This document shows positions 19,983-30,518 of a stretch of DNA of 64,000 nt, piece after piece. Position numbers and translations under genes: made by a program. The notes beneath the pieces were generated by a model that saw nothing but the letters and a program-made list of their open reading frames with translations, made no database searches and was not told where the DNA came from. Origin of the DNA: Bacillota bacterium (GTDB taxonomy: Bacteria; Bacillota; DTU025); contig JBMNJT010000002.1 of assembly GCA_050951805.1 (NCBI GenBank), positions 128,001 to 192,000 of the forward strand, in the 5' to 3' direction. Every line of letters starts with the position of its first letter. Positions within the stretch are counted from its first letter, which is position 1.

Positions 19983-22900
19983 GTTTATAGACTACCTATG
20001 AGGGATGGAAACCACGCTCTCGTTAGCGCTTGGGCGCCAATATCCATGTTTATAGACTACCTATGAGGGATGGAAACCATACATATAGGCCGGCCCCGTT
20101 GCTGCTGTTGTACCGTTTATAGACTACCTATGAGGGATGGAAACACAGCCAGAGCGAGCACCGAGAGTTCTGCTTCGAGTTTATAGACTACCTATGAGGG
20201 ATGGAAACCAATAGTGGATTCGTACCCGATCACATGCAACTGTTTATAGACTACCTATGAGGGATGGAAACTCAGCAACACAATAGCAAGACGTGCCACT
20301 GTGCGTTTATAGACTACCTATGAGGGATGGAAACCACCATAGCCGGCATTGCGCGTAGAATATCGGATGTTTATAGACTACCTATGAGGGATGGAAACTC
20401 GTTGTAGCCGTGCGTCCCGCATGCCGGTATACGTTTATAGACTACCTATGAGGGATGGAAACGATAGCAAAGATCATGTACCCCCATCCCTCATGTTTAT
20501 AGACTACCTATGAGGGATGGAAACCGTATGCAACCGGCGACCTGCATCGAGAAGGGTGTTTATAGACTACCTATGAGGGATGGAAACCTATCAGATGACG
20601 AACTGCAAGGCACCGCTTGCCAGGTTTATAGACTACCTATGAGGGATGGAAACGCAAGCATTCCACGTCAGTTCGGTTTCGTCAATGCTGTTTATAGACT
20701 ACCTATGAGGGATGGAAACATAGTCACCCTGGCGAACGCCACCTTGCATAAGCGTTTATAGACTACCTATGAGGGATGGAAACACAACTCGCTGCTTCCC
20801 GCGAATCTTGCTCAGAGGTTTATAGACTACCTATGAGGGATGGAAACCAGGTTCAACCGCTCATGAGAACGGCATGCAACGTTTATAGACTACCTATGAG
20901 GGATGGAAACCGAACCACGTGGCGTGCATGGCATCTGGTAGTTTCGTTTATAGACTACCTATGAGGGATGGAAACCCCTATAGTGGATCTCACCAGAGAA
21001 CCCCGTGGTCTGAGTTTATAGACTACCTATGAGGGATGGAAACATTATCTTGTCCCTAGGTCCACACTTCCTTTGCCCGGTTTATAGACTACCTATGAGG
21101 GATGGAAACGACCTGCGATCTCATCTCGGCCTTGCAGAGTCCGCAGTTTATAGACTACCTATGAGGGATGGAAACGCCACAGCGCACCCAGTCCATGGAC
21201 AAGACCCAGGTCGGTTTATAGACTACCTATGAGGGATGGAAACCGTGTTTCGCGTCGCTCACGTCCAAAATCTCTGCAAAGTTTATAGACTACCTATGAG
21301 GGATGGAAACTGGGATAGAACTGGAAGTCGACGACGGCCATCACAAGGTTTATAGACTACCTATGAGGGATGGAAACGAATACAATATGCCGTCCTCACC
21401 AGTTACAAAGTCTCGTTTATAGACTACCTATGAGGGATGGAAACAGCACTGTCAAGCGCGAATGATGGATTTAAGCACATTGTTTATAGACTACCTATGA
21501 GGGATGGAAACTTTCGCACATCGTTCTTTCCTCCGTCCTTCGCCGTGTTTATAGACTACCTATGAGGGATGGAAACCGTATTCCGCAAAATCCTCTCTAA
21601 AGCCGTTTATAGGTTTATAGACTACCTATGAGGGATGGAAACTCAGGACGACGGCGAATATATCGATGGCTATTATTAGTTTATAGACTACCTATGAGGG
21701 ATGGAAACTCATATGCGGGTATGCAGATCGTAACGCATCCTGCGGTTTATAGACTACCTATGAGGGATGGAAACACGTACAGTGGATGCACTCCAATACC
21801 GGAGGGTACCAGTTTATAGACTACCTATGAGGGATGGAAACGAAAAAAACATTGACGTGCTCAACACGCCAATAATCCTGTTTATAGACTACCTATGAGG
21901 GATGGAAACCTGGAATACGTAATGAATCAGCTTGCGCCGCTGTACCGTTTATAGACTACCTATGAGGGATGGAAACGAATCGATTTTAAGGGCCCCATAT
22001 AGTCCGCCCATAGTTTATAGACTACCTATGAGGGATGGAAACCTACCTTACAGACAAAGGCAATCTCTACCGATACGGTTTATAGACTACCTATGAGGGA
22101 TGGAAACTATGTGAAAGTTACACACAAAAGTTACATGCGTCTCTGGTTTATAGACTACCTATGAGGGATGGAAACTATCTTCCGGTATCCCCTCATCCAA
22201 TCGTTTCCTGATTGTTTATAGACTACCTATGAGGGATGGAAACTGCGACCGGGGAAATCGTGTGGCACAAAATCCCGGCGGTTTATAGACTACCTATGAG
22301 GGATGGAAACCGTCTTTACAAACCCATGCCTGCCAATCGTTGATGTGTTTATAGACTACCTATGAGGGATGGAAACATTGCGTCAGTGAGCGCAACGGCG
22401 TCTACGTTACTGTTTATAGACTACCTATGAGGGATGGAAACTATCTCCTCGAAGAATTGTGGGAGATCCTCGAAGAAAGTTTATAGACTACCTATGAGGG
22501 ATGGAAACTCGTAATTCTATGAGCGTGGGCGATATCATACTTCCGTTTATAGACTACCTATGAGGGATGGAAACAATCATACGTGGATGCAGCGAAACGC
22601 CGCTCAGAAGTTTATAGACTACCTATGAGGGATGGAAACCCGGACGCAAAATCCACCTTGTGGCGGCAGATGCGCCTGGTTTATAGACTACCTATGAGGG
22701 ATGGAAACTTCTCAGTTTCTGTCCTCCCGTCTGCGCCCGTCAGTGAGGGTTTATAGACTACCTATGAGGGATGGAAACAGTTGCTGCCAGAACCCGGGTT
22801 CGAATACTACGCCGCGTTTATAGACTACCTATGAGGGATGGAAACAGGGAAGGTAGTGAGGAAAGGCGAAATGGGCTATGCAGTTTATAGACTACCTATG

Positions 22901-24839
22901 AGGGATGGAAACCAATGCGCTGCAACTCGGAATCAGATGTCCGAGAGGTGTTTATAGACTACCTATGAGGGATGGAAACCCCAACTCGATACCGGTCGGC
23001 CACGTCAGCTGCCACGTTTATAGACTACCTATGAGGGATGGAAACGGCTCCAGGCATGTATCATCGTGCAGTGCCAACTCTCGTTTATAGACTACCTATG
23101 AGGGATGGAAACATCTCGCGATGCAGCTCCTGTCGCGTCCAGGCAAGCGTTTATAGACTACCTATGAGGGATGGAAACGCACAAGCGTTGGTTTACCTGG
23201 CGGTTTGATCACGAGCGTTTATAGACTACCTATGAGGGATGGAAACCTTCCATTCCAGAAAACCTCGGAGGATTCCAGAATTGTTTATAGACTACCTATG
23301 AGGGATGGAAACTGTGCTAGGTCTGAGTGATCAACTTCCTCAGAGTATTGTTTATAGACTACCTATGAGGGATGGAAACTGAGCCGGGAGACGTGCAGAC
23401 GCCATCGCGTTCGTTTATAGACTACTATGAGGGATGGAAACGGATTTACTGGGCTCAATGGCGTAACACCCTGCGTGTTTATAGACTACCTATGAGGGAT
23501 GGAAACCCATGTTGACGGCATCGGCTAGGGCTGCGTTGCGCTGTTTATAGACTACCTATGAGGGATGGAAACTGAGATATTGATGCTGCCCCCACACCTT
23601 CCCGCTGGGTCGTTTATAGACTACCTATGAGGGATGGAAACCGATGTCCTCCGGCACTTGCAGGGCTCCGGGCGGCGTTTATAGACTACCTATGAGGGAT
23701 GGAAACCGTCGAACGCTTCCAGCGCACAAAGGCCCGGCAGAAGTTTATAGACTACCTATGAGGGATGGAAACCCAGGAAGCGGGAACTCAAGGATCGTCG
23801 CGTCCGGGTTTATAGACTACCTATGAGGGATGGAAACCGCTCCGCCTCGGCCTTCGCCTTTTCGTTCTCGGCCTTGTTTATAGACTACCTATGAGGGATG
23901 GAAACCTCGTGCGACATCGACCCGCGGCGCGATGATATCGGGTTTATAGACTACCTATGAGGGATGGAAACGGAGACTTTCGCCCAGCACCAGGATCGGG
24001 CATCCGATCGTTTATAGACTACCTATGAGGGATGGAAACAATAACCCCAGCTCAAACCCACTTTGAAAGGAGATAAGTTTATAGACTACCTATGAGGGAT
24101 GGAAACGATCACTCCCGAGCAGTACAGGGCAATCATGTATAAGGTTTATAGACTACCTATGAGGGATGGAAACTGTATGGCATATTGTATCCGATACGCT
24201 ATGGCATAGTTTATAGACTACCTATGAGGGATGGAAACTAGATGGGCTGTGGCCACTGAACAGGGGCCGTACCGGTTTATAGACTACCTATGAGGGATGG
24301 AAACTCGGATATGGTGGCCGGAGTACGTGCCATACGACCCCGAGTTTATAGACTACCTATGAGGGATGGAAACAAAGGTTGCCGAGCGAACCCCGGCATC
24401 CTGGATGAGCTGTTTATAGACTACCTATGAGGGATGGAAACCACACACAAGCCCGCCCAGGGTAAAACACAGGATCATGGTTTATAGACTACCTATGAGG
24501 GATGGAAACTTCGATATACCAGTCGAGGAGTTGTTTCCAAAGGAGGTTTATAGACTACCTATGAGGGATGGAAACTATACATATAGGCCCCCCGGCGCCC
24601 CCCCCCGCGTGTGTTTATAGACTACCTATGAGGGATGGAAACGTGCAAGTATGGGTGGTAGTGAATCCATACGCTGAAGTTTATAGACTACCTATGAGGG
24701 ATGGAAACGCGCCCCGATCGATCGATCCTCAGGCCTCCTCGCGGTTTATAGACTACCTATGAGGGATGGAAACTTCTGTTTCTGTTTCTGCTCCTGTTAC
24801 TGTTTCTTAGTTTATAGACTACCTATGAGGGATGGAAAC
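19983..24839 (+). CRISPR. CRISPR array, 74 repeats / 73 spacers (manual count)
   Basis: 30-bp repeat GTTTATAGACTACCTATGAGGGATGGAAAC; spacers 32-40 nt; one 29-bp variant at 23413-23441. A probable truncated terminal repeat (GTTT...) lies at 24874. Confidence 0.99.
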
Positions 24840-24886
24840 ACTCGTTGGCTTTCAGATTGCCGTACGTAGCACTGTTTCGTTCAAAT

Positions 24887-25015
24887 TAGGACTACGGGGA
24901 AGGGACTGCGGACAAAATCTTGGCCTCTAAAAGAGACAGGAGGGTGTCCGTTATGTATTCAAGAGAGGAACGCATGAAAGCGATTGAGCCATACACGCAG
25001 TCTATGCAAAAATGA
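24887..25015 (+). mobile_element. IS3-family left-end remnant
   Basis: IR-like GGACTACGGGGAAGGGACTGCGGACA, SD AGGAGG, then MYSREERMKAIEPY* (24953-25015), which resembles IS3 transposase N-termini (MYS.E.R.KA.ELY; recalled from memory). Confidence 0.5.
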
Positions 25016-25106
25016 CGATTTGCATCGGAACGGGTTGACGAATGTGGCGGAAACGTGTACTCTGCATTTCTATTATGCCCAAAACACATCAACGACGAGG
25101 CAATTC

Positions 25107-26606
25107 CTAAATACCAATCCAGGGATCAATGAACGTGTGATCAGTGTGCAACTGGCTTCGCCCTATTCCTTCAACTGAGCAAAAGAGTTCAAGCAGCGGA
25201 TCTACCATCTGCTTGAACTGCATGTATTGGTCCTCGGAAATGAAAATGAATCCATGAGCTAGGATGCTGTGATTGCGCTTTCCCGTTTCGTTGAGAAACC
25301 TGTTCCAGTGTACACCTGCCGGGGCAAGACCATATGGATCATTGAGGGCCTGCAGCAGTATGTATGCCTCTGTTAGCGGAATGGGATTAGGGAGACTCGA
25401 TATGGGCGACCATTCCAGCTTCGATCTTATGTTGTTCACATTGTCCACAAGCTGATCCAGCTTGAACGATTCGAGTTTCGCGTAGTGTGGGTTGCCTGTA
25501 TCTATCCCATAGACAGCGAGCCTGCGCTGGGCCATTAGTTCAACTAGCCTATAAAGAAGAAGAGAAGCAGTGTCATACTCTCCTCTAGTTGCCTTGCGTT
25601 CTGCACTAGCATAGATTGTGAAGATGAGCGAGGCAGTGGCATTACAGTCCTCCAGAAGCGGCAGTGGGGGTTCCCCAGGCTCGGATGGCATAAGATCCTT
25701 GACATGTTCCAAACCTTCAAGTTGTGCACGAAGAGGCTGGATTTTGTTTGCCAAGTTACAATCTGGCACTGTCCCGTCGTGTGCCACAAGCATTTCGATG
25801 ATGTCAATAGTCTTTCTCATGCAAAAGCAGGCCTCGAGAAAATTCATCTCATCCCAGGCTTTGTAGGCCGCCGAAAGACTGGCAAGAGCCTCATAACGCC
25901 GTGGATAGGCTGCTTTCTTCGCGAGATTTGCCAGAACAAGCGCAGCCCCTGCAAAATCATGTCTGCGAAATCTATTCATGGCTTCCTTTTCGTCGAGATC
26001 GCCGAACACATTATAGGGATTGGGGACAAACTCAATATACTCAGAACCCGGTTCAGGCCGTCTATATGGATCGAGAAGATACTCGCGGTTTGCAATGTAG
26101 ATCAGCTGAGCACCAACCAGAGTACCTGCCAGCGCAGATCCACATGTCATAGTCTTCGTACCGCCAGTCAGATCCACTGCTATCTCCCGCCGTTGTTCCC
26201 ACCTGTTCCACACGTCTTTGATCTCGCAATAGATTTGAGTGACATCCGCAGGATCTACTAGCCTCTTTTCCCACTGACTCGGCCTAAGCCCAGTATGTTC
26301 TACAATCGTATCGAGCATGGACTCCGTCTTTTCGGTATACAAGAACAGCACTCGCTCGGGGTTGACGGCAGAGATTGATAGTATCAACGGCTCTGGTGAT
26401 GTGCCCACTGGCAGAATTAAACCGTATATGGGTTCTTTGATCTTCGACGCCTCTGTAGCAACAAATACCTGCTTGCTGAGGGGGAATACTGCCTTAGAAT
26501 AGAATTCCATGGCTATTGCCTGCTCTTCGCGGGTTTCCAGAGGTAATGATTGCCAGAGGTCAGAAGCTTGCTTCAATCGTTCCCTAAGTTGACCCAGATC
26601 ACTCAT
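25107..26606 (-). CDS. csm6: CARF-HEPN ribonuclease, TIGR02710/Csm6-like
   Basis: CARF motifs VGTSPEPL and VDLTGGTKTM; helical middle region; HEPN RNHSILAHG. Confidence 0.85.
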   Translation of the reverse strand: MSDLGQLRERLKQASDLWQSLPLETREEQAIAMEFYSKAVFPLSKQVFVATEASKIKEPIYGLILPVGTSPEPLILSISAVNPERVLFLYTEKTESMLDTIVEHTGLRPSQWEKRLVDPADVTQIYCEIKDVWNRWEQRREIAVDLTGGTKTMTCGSALAGTLVGAQLIYIANREYLLDPYRRPEPGSEYIEFVPNPYNVFGDLDEKEAMNRFRRHDFAGAALVLANLAKKAAYPRRYEALASLSAAYKAWDEMNFLEACFCMRKTIDIIEMLVAHDGTVPDCNLANKIQPLRAQLEGLEHVKDLMPSEPGEPPLPLLEDCNATASLIFTIYASAERKATRGEYDTASLLLYRLVELMAQRRLAVYGIDTGNPHYAKLESFKLDQLVDNVNNIRSKLEWSPISSLPNPIPLTEAYILLQALNDPYGLAPAGVHWNRFLNETGKRNHSILAHGFIFISEDQYMQFKQMVDPLLELFCSVEGIGRSQLHTDHTFIDPWIGI

Positions 26607-27044
26607 GAATCACTGCTCCTTTGCATGCGTTTCTGATGGTCTATCCCTATGCTACAACCTTCTCTTGTCCTGTGAGCGAAATGTTCCATGTGTGCTGAGG
26701 TTTTTGTAGTGTTCGTGAGTCTTTCGGATCTTTGAGGTGGCTAGTGTATCATGAGATTAATAAACCGGGCTGACTTTTCCCCGTAGTACTTAGTCGAAAC
26801 ATGGCATTCAAGATATGTATCGGATTCAGAGAGGTTGACTCTGCTTTATGCCACCGAAGGGGTCGCCATCTCAAACCAATAGTGCGTACGCCCATGCTTG
26901 GCGTTCCTCGCGGACAGGTTTCCAACCGAGGCAGCCGATTGTGTTGCACGTTTGCCTCTAGCCCTCTGCTATGCTTACTGAAGCAATGATCGTCAAAACG
27001 AAATGGACGGGGTAAGAACATTGTGCATACGATCCATACCTTTG

Positions 27045-27791
27045 CTAGGCTCGAGAGTGTCCAACAACCGCCAGACATCCAAATCCCTGTGCGTTTTTCG
27101 ATCCCAGACCTGCATTGAGCGCAAGCAACAGCAGCTCTCTCGGGCCGGTCATAAGCAGTGGACCAGAGTACCCTTTGATTACAGTATCTTTGTAATACAC
27201 GACGTGCAATCGTGGTTGTCGTAAAGGTTTTACTGATACGGTCCCCATAGGAGCTTGCTTCCCCAGGAACGCCTCGTATTTACTCGCCAAGTTCCTGGAC
27301 ACGAGTTCCTCGAACTCCTTTTCGCCAGGCTGATAGTAGCAGGTGTATGGTGATCCATCTCCCTTCGTGAGAGTACTGTAAACGACTACTGGCGACAGTG
27401 TGACTACAGTTAGTTCATCAGTAAGCACTACGGGGTTGTTCGCCTCGATGCATTCAACAGGGATTTTCTGGCCAGCAAGGGTTATGAAGCCCTTAACTAA
27501 GAGACTAGTCCCCAATGATCGGCAGATCTCCTCAACCGGCGAGCACACTACCAGATGAACTTTCCCGTCAAACGATATAGTCCCCACTGCCCTGTCAAGG
27601 CGATAAGAGCCCCTCAAGCGTGAGAACGTAAGGGGCTTGAATATCCGAGAACCACGTTCATACCCTTCATCATGGATGAACGTGCCAAAGTCAGGACCTA
27701 GGTTGGCATATATCGCAGACTGCAATATGTGGTTGTAGTGCACCGGCAACATCACCGGTCCAGAAGGATTCAGAGTAATATTGAGACGCAA
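27045..27791 (-). CDS. cas6: Cas6 endoribonuclease
   Basis: YNHILQ..IY, H..GY...R.FK..TFSRL, TLSPVVVYST, GLGSKNAQGFG. Confidence 0.97.
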   Translation of the reverse strand: MRLNITLNPSGPVMLPVHYNHILQSAIYANLGPDFGTFIHDEGYERGSRIFKPLTFSRLRGSYRLDRAVGTISFDGKVHLVVCSPVEEICRSLGTSLLVKGFITLAGQKIPVECIEANNPVVLTDELTVVTLSPVVVYSTLTKGDGSPYTCYYQPGEKEFEELVSRNLASKYEAFLGKQAPMGTVSVKPLRQPRLHVVYYKDTVIKGYSGPLLMTGPRELLLLALNAGLGSKNAQGFGCLAVVGHSRA

Positions 27792-28374
27792 ATCAATTCA
27801 TCCTCTGCGAAATTACTCAATATGTGGGTGTTCCATGAAAATACCGTTCTGATGGCCGTGTCAACTGCAGCATAGATATCGGTTATGAATATTCGATATA
27901 TTGTCTCATCCCCCTCAGCCCAGCTATAGCCAGAATATGGGCTTTCGGCCGCGTTGTCGCATTATCAGAGGGTGGCAACAAGAATGATTCGATTGCCAAT
28001 GATGACGATATTGTCTGAATCACACATTCACCTGACAGGTAATACCCACTACATACTAGTATACCCCACAAGTGCCAATTACCCTTCATGCAACAAGATC
28101 CCAATCCGCATCGAATTGCCGTGTTTTCCGGGATCTCAGCTTGTGCACTCATGATTTCCAGGACTGTGTATGCACCGTGTTTAGGACGTGATCGCCATGT
28201 ACAAGGCCTGTACGCACGGTATTCTGAGAGAGATCACGCCAAGCCGATGATCTGTCGCCATCTTACTTGATATTGAGGGCGGTAGTTTCGGTTCTGCACA
28301 TAAACTGATATACTATCGCTGCAAGCCTATCACAACAACGGTTTGAGTTTGGATGGGCAAACTGAATATCGCAA

Positions 28375-28579
28375 ATCCTGTCAGGTGCCCTCATGCAGAG
28401 GGAGAATAGGGAAGAGGCAGCAGGCTGAGGTTGTGCAACCGCTCCTGCGAAGCCCGCGGTCCCGCCACTGTAGTCAGGGAGCCGAACGCGAGGCAGCGAT
28501 GCCGGTGTCACTTTCGCAAGATGAAGGGAAGATGCGTGCAGGCGATGATCTGACAGCCAGGAGACCTGCCTGACAGGAT
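28375..28579 (+). ncRNA. Cobalamin (B12) riboswitch
   Basis: AGGTGC...AATAGGGAA...GCGGTCCCGCCACTGT...GGGAAG...AGCCAGGAGACCTGCC; closing stem ATCCTGTCAGG/CCTGACAGGAT. Confidence 0.93.
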
Positions 28580-28670
28580 GCGAGCCACCTTCCGTGGAAA
28601 GAGGGGGCGGCGCCTGCTCCGCATATTCGCTCGCCGAGCGATGGGGAGCAGAGAATGTTGCTGGCGGCGT

Positions 28671-28707
28671 GGCCCCCGTTTGACCGAAAACGGGGGCCTG
28701 TGGTTTT
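28671..28707 (+). terminator. Riboswitch expression-platform terminator
   Basis: GGCCCCCGTTT-GACCGA-AAACGGGGGCC followed by TGTGGTTTT, upstream of nrdD. Confidence 0.7.
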
Positions 28708-28745
28708 ACAGGCAGCCAGGAGACGTATTTAGGGGGCGCTGGTAA

Positions 28746-30518
28746 ATGTTAGAGGCACAACACGAGATACATGAGGCAGGGCATGGAGAGAGCAAGTGGC
28801 TTGACTTGATGAACGCGATCGGAGAGATCATAGAGAATACCAGCAGGGAGAATGCGAACATCGGAAACTCTCCATCTGCCAAGATGTTGCAGATTGCATC
28901 TTCAGCCAGCAGAGAATATTACCTCGATCGTGTAATACCTGACGACATCGCTTGCGCGCATAGAAATGGCGATATCCACATACATGACCTCGACTACTAC
29001 GGCAAGACATTGACTTGCGTACATATCCCGTTGGGAAGATTGCTGGCAGAGGGTTTCGATACCGGCCACGGCTATGTCCGCCCGCCCAAGCGGCCTGCCT
29101 CCGCCGCGGCGCTTGCCGCAATCATAATACAGAGTTGCCAAAACGACATGCACGGTGGCCAATCATTTGCGCACTTCGACACCGATATGGGTCCCTACAT
29201 GGAGGGCTTTGATGAAGACGAAGCCTATCAGGGAATGGAGGCCTTCATATACAACCTAAATACCATGCACAGCAGAGCCGGGGCCCAAGTCCCGTTCTCC
29301 ACGGTCAATATCGGCTGCGACACGTCCGCCGGCGGACGTCGCGTCACAAGATTGTTGTTGGAAGCTTACGAGCGTGGGCTTGGAAGGGGCGAAACGCCTG
29401 TTTTCCCCAACATCATCTTCAGAGTTAAATCGGGGGTCAACATGAACCCTAAGGACCCCAACTACGACCTTTTCAAGCTGGCATGCCGAGTGTGCGCCAG
29501 GCGCATGAACCCGACGTTCAGCTTCATGGATTCCTCGTTCAATGCACCATACGGGGACGAAGTGGCCTATATGGGCTGCAGAACGCGGGTGATGGCCAAT
29601 CGCAGAGGTCAGGAGACAAGTGTTGGAAGGGGCAACCTCTCCTTCACAACCATCAACCTTCCCCGATTGGCCCTAATGGCCGGCGGAAACGTCGACCGCT
29701 TTTTCAGGCTGCTCGATACCAAGCTCGAGCTCGTGTACAGACAATTGCTGCACAGATTCGATATCCAATCGAGGCTCAAGGTTCGTGATATGCCATTTCT
29801 GATGGGGCAGAAGATATACATTGACTCATATGGACTTGGCGAGAATGACGAGATTGGCCCCGCCATAGCCAATGGCACGCTTTCCGTAGGTTTCATCGGG
29901 CTTGCGGAGACACTGACAGTTCTCTGCGGTGCCCACCATGGTGAAAACGAGGAAGCAGAGCAGCTTGGCCGGGAGATAGTCTCCTTCATGCGTCGGCAGA
30001 TAGACGGATTTGCCGAGGAGAGCAACCTCAACTTTACCTTGCTGGCAACCCCTGCAGAAGGGTTGTCAGGCCGTTTCGTGGCCATTGACAGGGAACGGTT
30101 CGGGACTGTTAGGAACGTGACTGATAGGGAATATTACACCAACAGCTTCCACCTTCCGGTGAGATATCCAACGACGATTTCACGAAAACTCGTTGTTGAG
30201 GGTGCGTTCCATGGATTGACCAACGCAGGGCACATATCATACGTAGAACTCTCGTCTCCGCCTATTGAAAACGGAGAAGCAGTGGAAAGCATCGTGAAGG
30301 CAATGGCCAGGGCGGACATGGGTTACGGGGGCATCAACTTTCCCATAGATGAATGCCGCAAGTGCGGACATGCCGGGGTGATCGAGAGCTCCTGCCCTTC
30401 TTGCGGTTCAGGAGACATCTCCCGCATAAGAAGGATCACAGGATACCTTGCTCCCTTAGACAGGTTCAACGACGCAAAAAAGAGGGAGCTTGAGGAGAGA
30501 GTTCCCCATGGAAACTAG
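28746..30518 (+). CDS. nrdD: Anaerobic ribonucleoside-triphosphate reductase (class III), no ATP cone
   Basis: RENAN, IHIHDLD, QNDMHGGQ, YMGCRT, RGNLSFTTINL, YYTNSFH, CxxC...CxxC, RRITGYL glycyl-radical motif. Confidence 0.97.
   Translation: MLEAQHEIHEAGHGESKWLDLMNAIGEIIENTSRENANIGNSPSAKMLQIASSASREYYLDRVIPDDIACAHRNGDIHIHDLDYYGKTLTCVHIPLGRLLAEGFDTGHGYVRPPKRPASAAALAAIIIQSCQNDMHGGQSFAHFDTDMGPYMEGFDEDEAYQGMEAFIYNLNTMHSRAGAQVPFSTVNIGCDTSAGGRRVTRLLLEAYERGLGRGETPVFPNIIFRVKSGVNMNPKDPNYDLFKLACRVCARRMNPTFSFMDSSFNAPYGDEVAYMGCRTRVMANRRGQETSVGRGNLSFTTINLPRLALMAGGNVDRFFRLLDTKLELVYRQLLHRFDIQSRLKVRDMPFLMGQKIYIDSYGLGENDEIGPAIANGTLSVGFIGLAETLTVLCGAHHGENEEAEQLGREIVSFMRRQIDGFAEESNLNFTLLATPAEGLSGRFVAIDRERFGTVRNVTDREYYTNSFHLPVRYPTTISRKLVVEGAFHGLTNAGHISYVELSSPPIENGEAVESIVKAMARADMGYGGINFPIDECRKCGHAGVIESSCPSCGSGDISRIRRITGYLAPLDRFNDAKKRELEERVPHGN

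Noticed and set aside
20510-24762. Short ORFs with VYRLPMRDGN repeats
   Set aside because: These are translations of CRISPR repeats.
7999-24839. CRISPR-associated transposon (I-B Cascade with IstA/IstB)
   Set aside because: istA lacks its catalytic core, there is no TniQ/TnsD, Cas3 and the adaptation genes are intact, and the IS ends enclose only the IS itself.
19983-24839. Self-targeting or duplicated spacers
   Set aside because: None were noticed by eye within the window. This was not exhaustive and needs BLAST against the genome.
28044-28062. NrdR box-like CCACTACATACTAGT
   Set aside because: It is off-register from the consensus, single, and far from nrdD.
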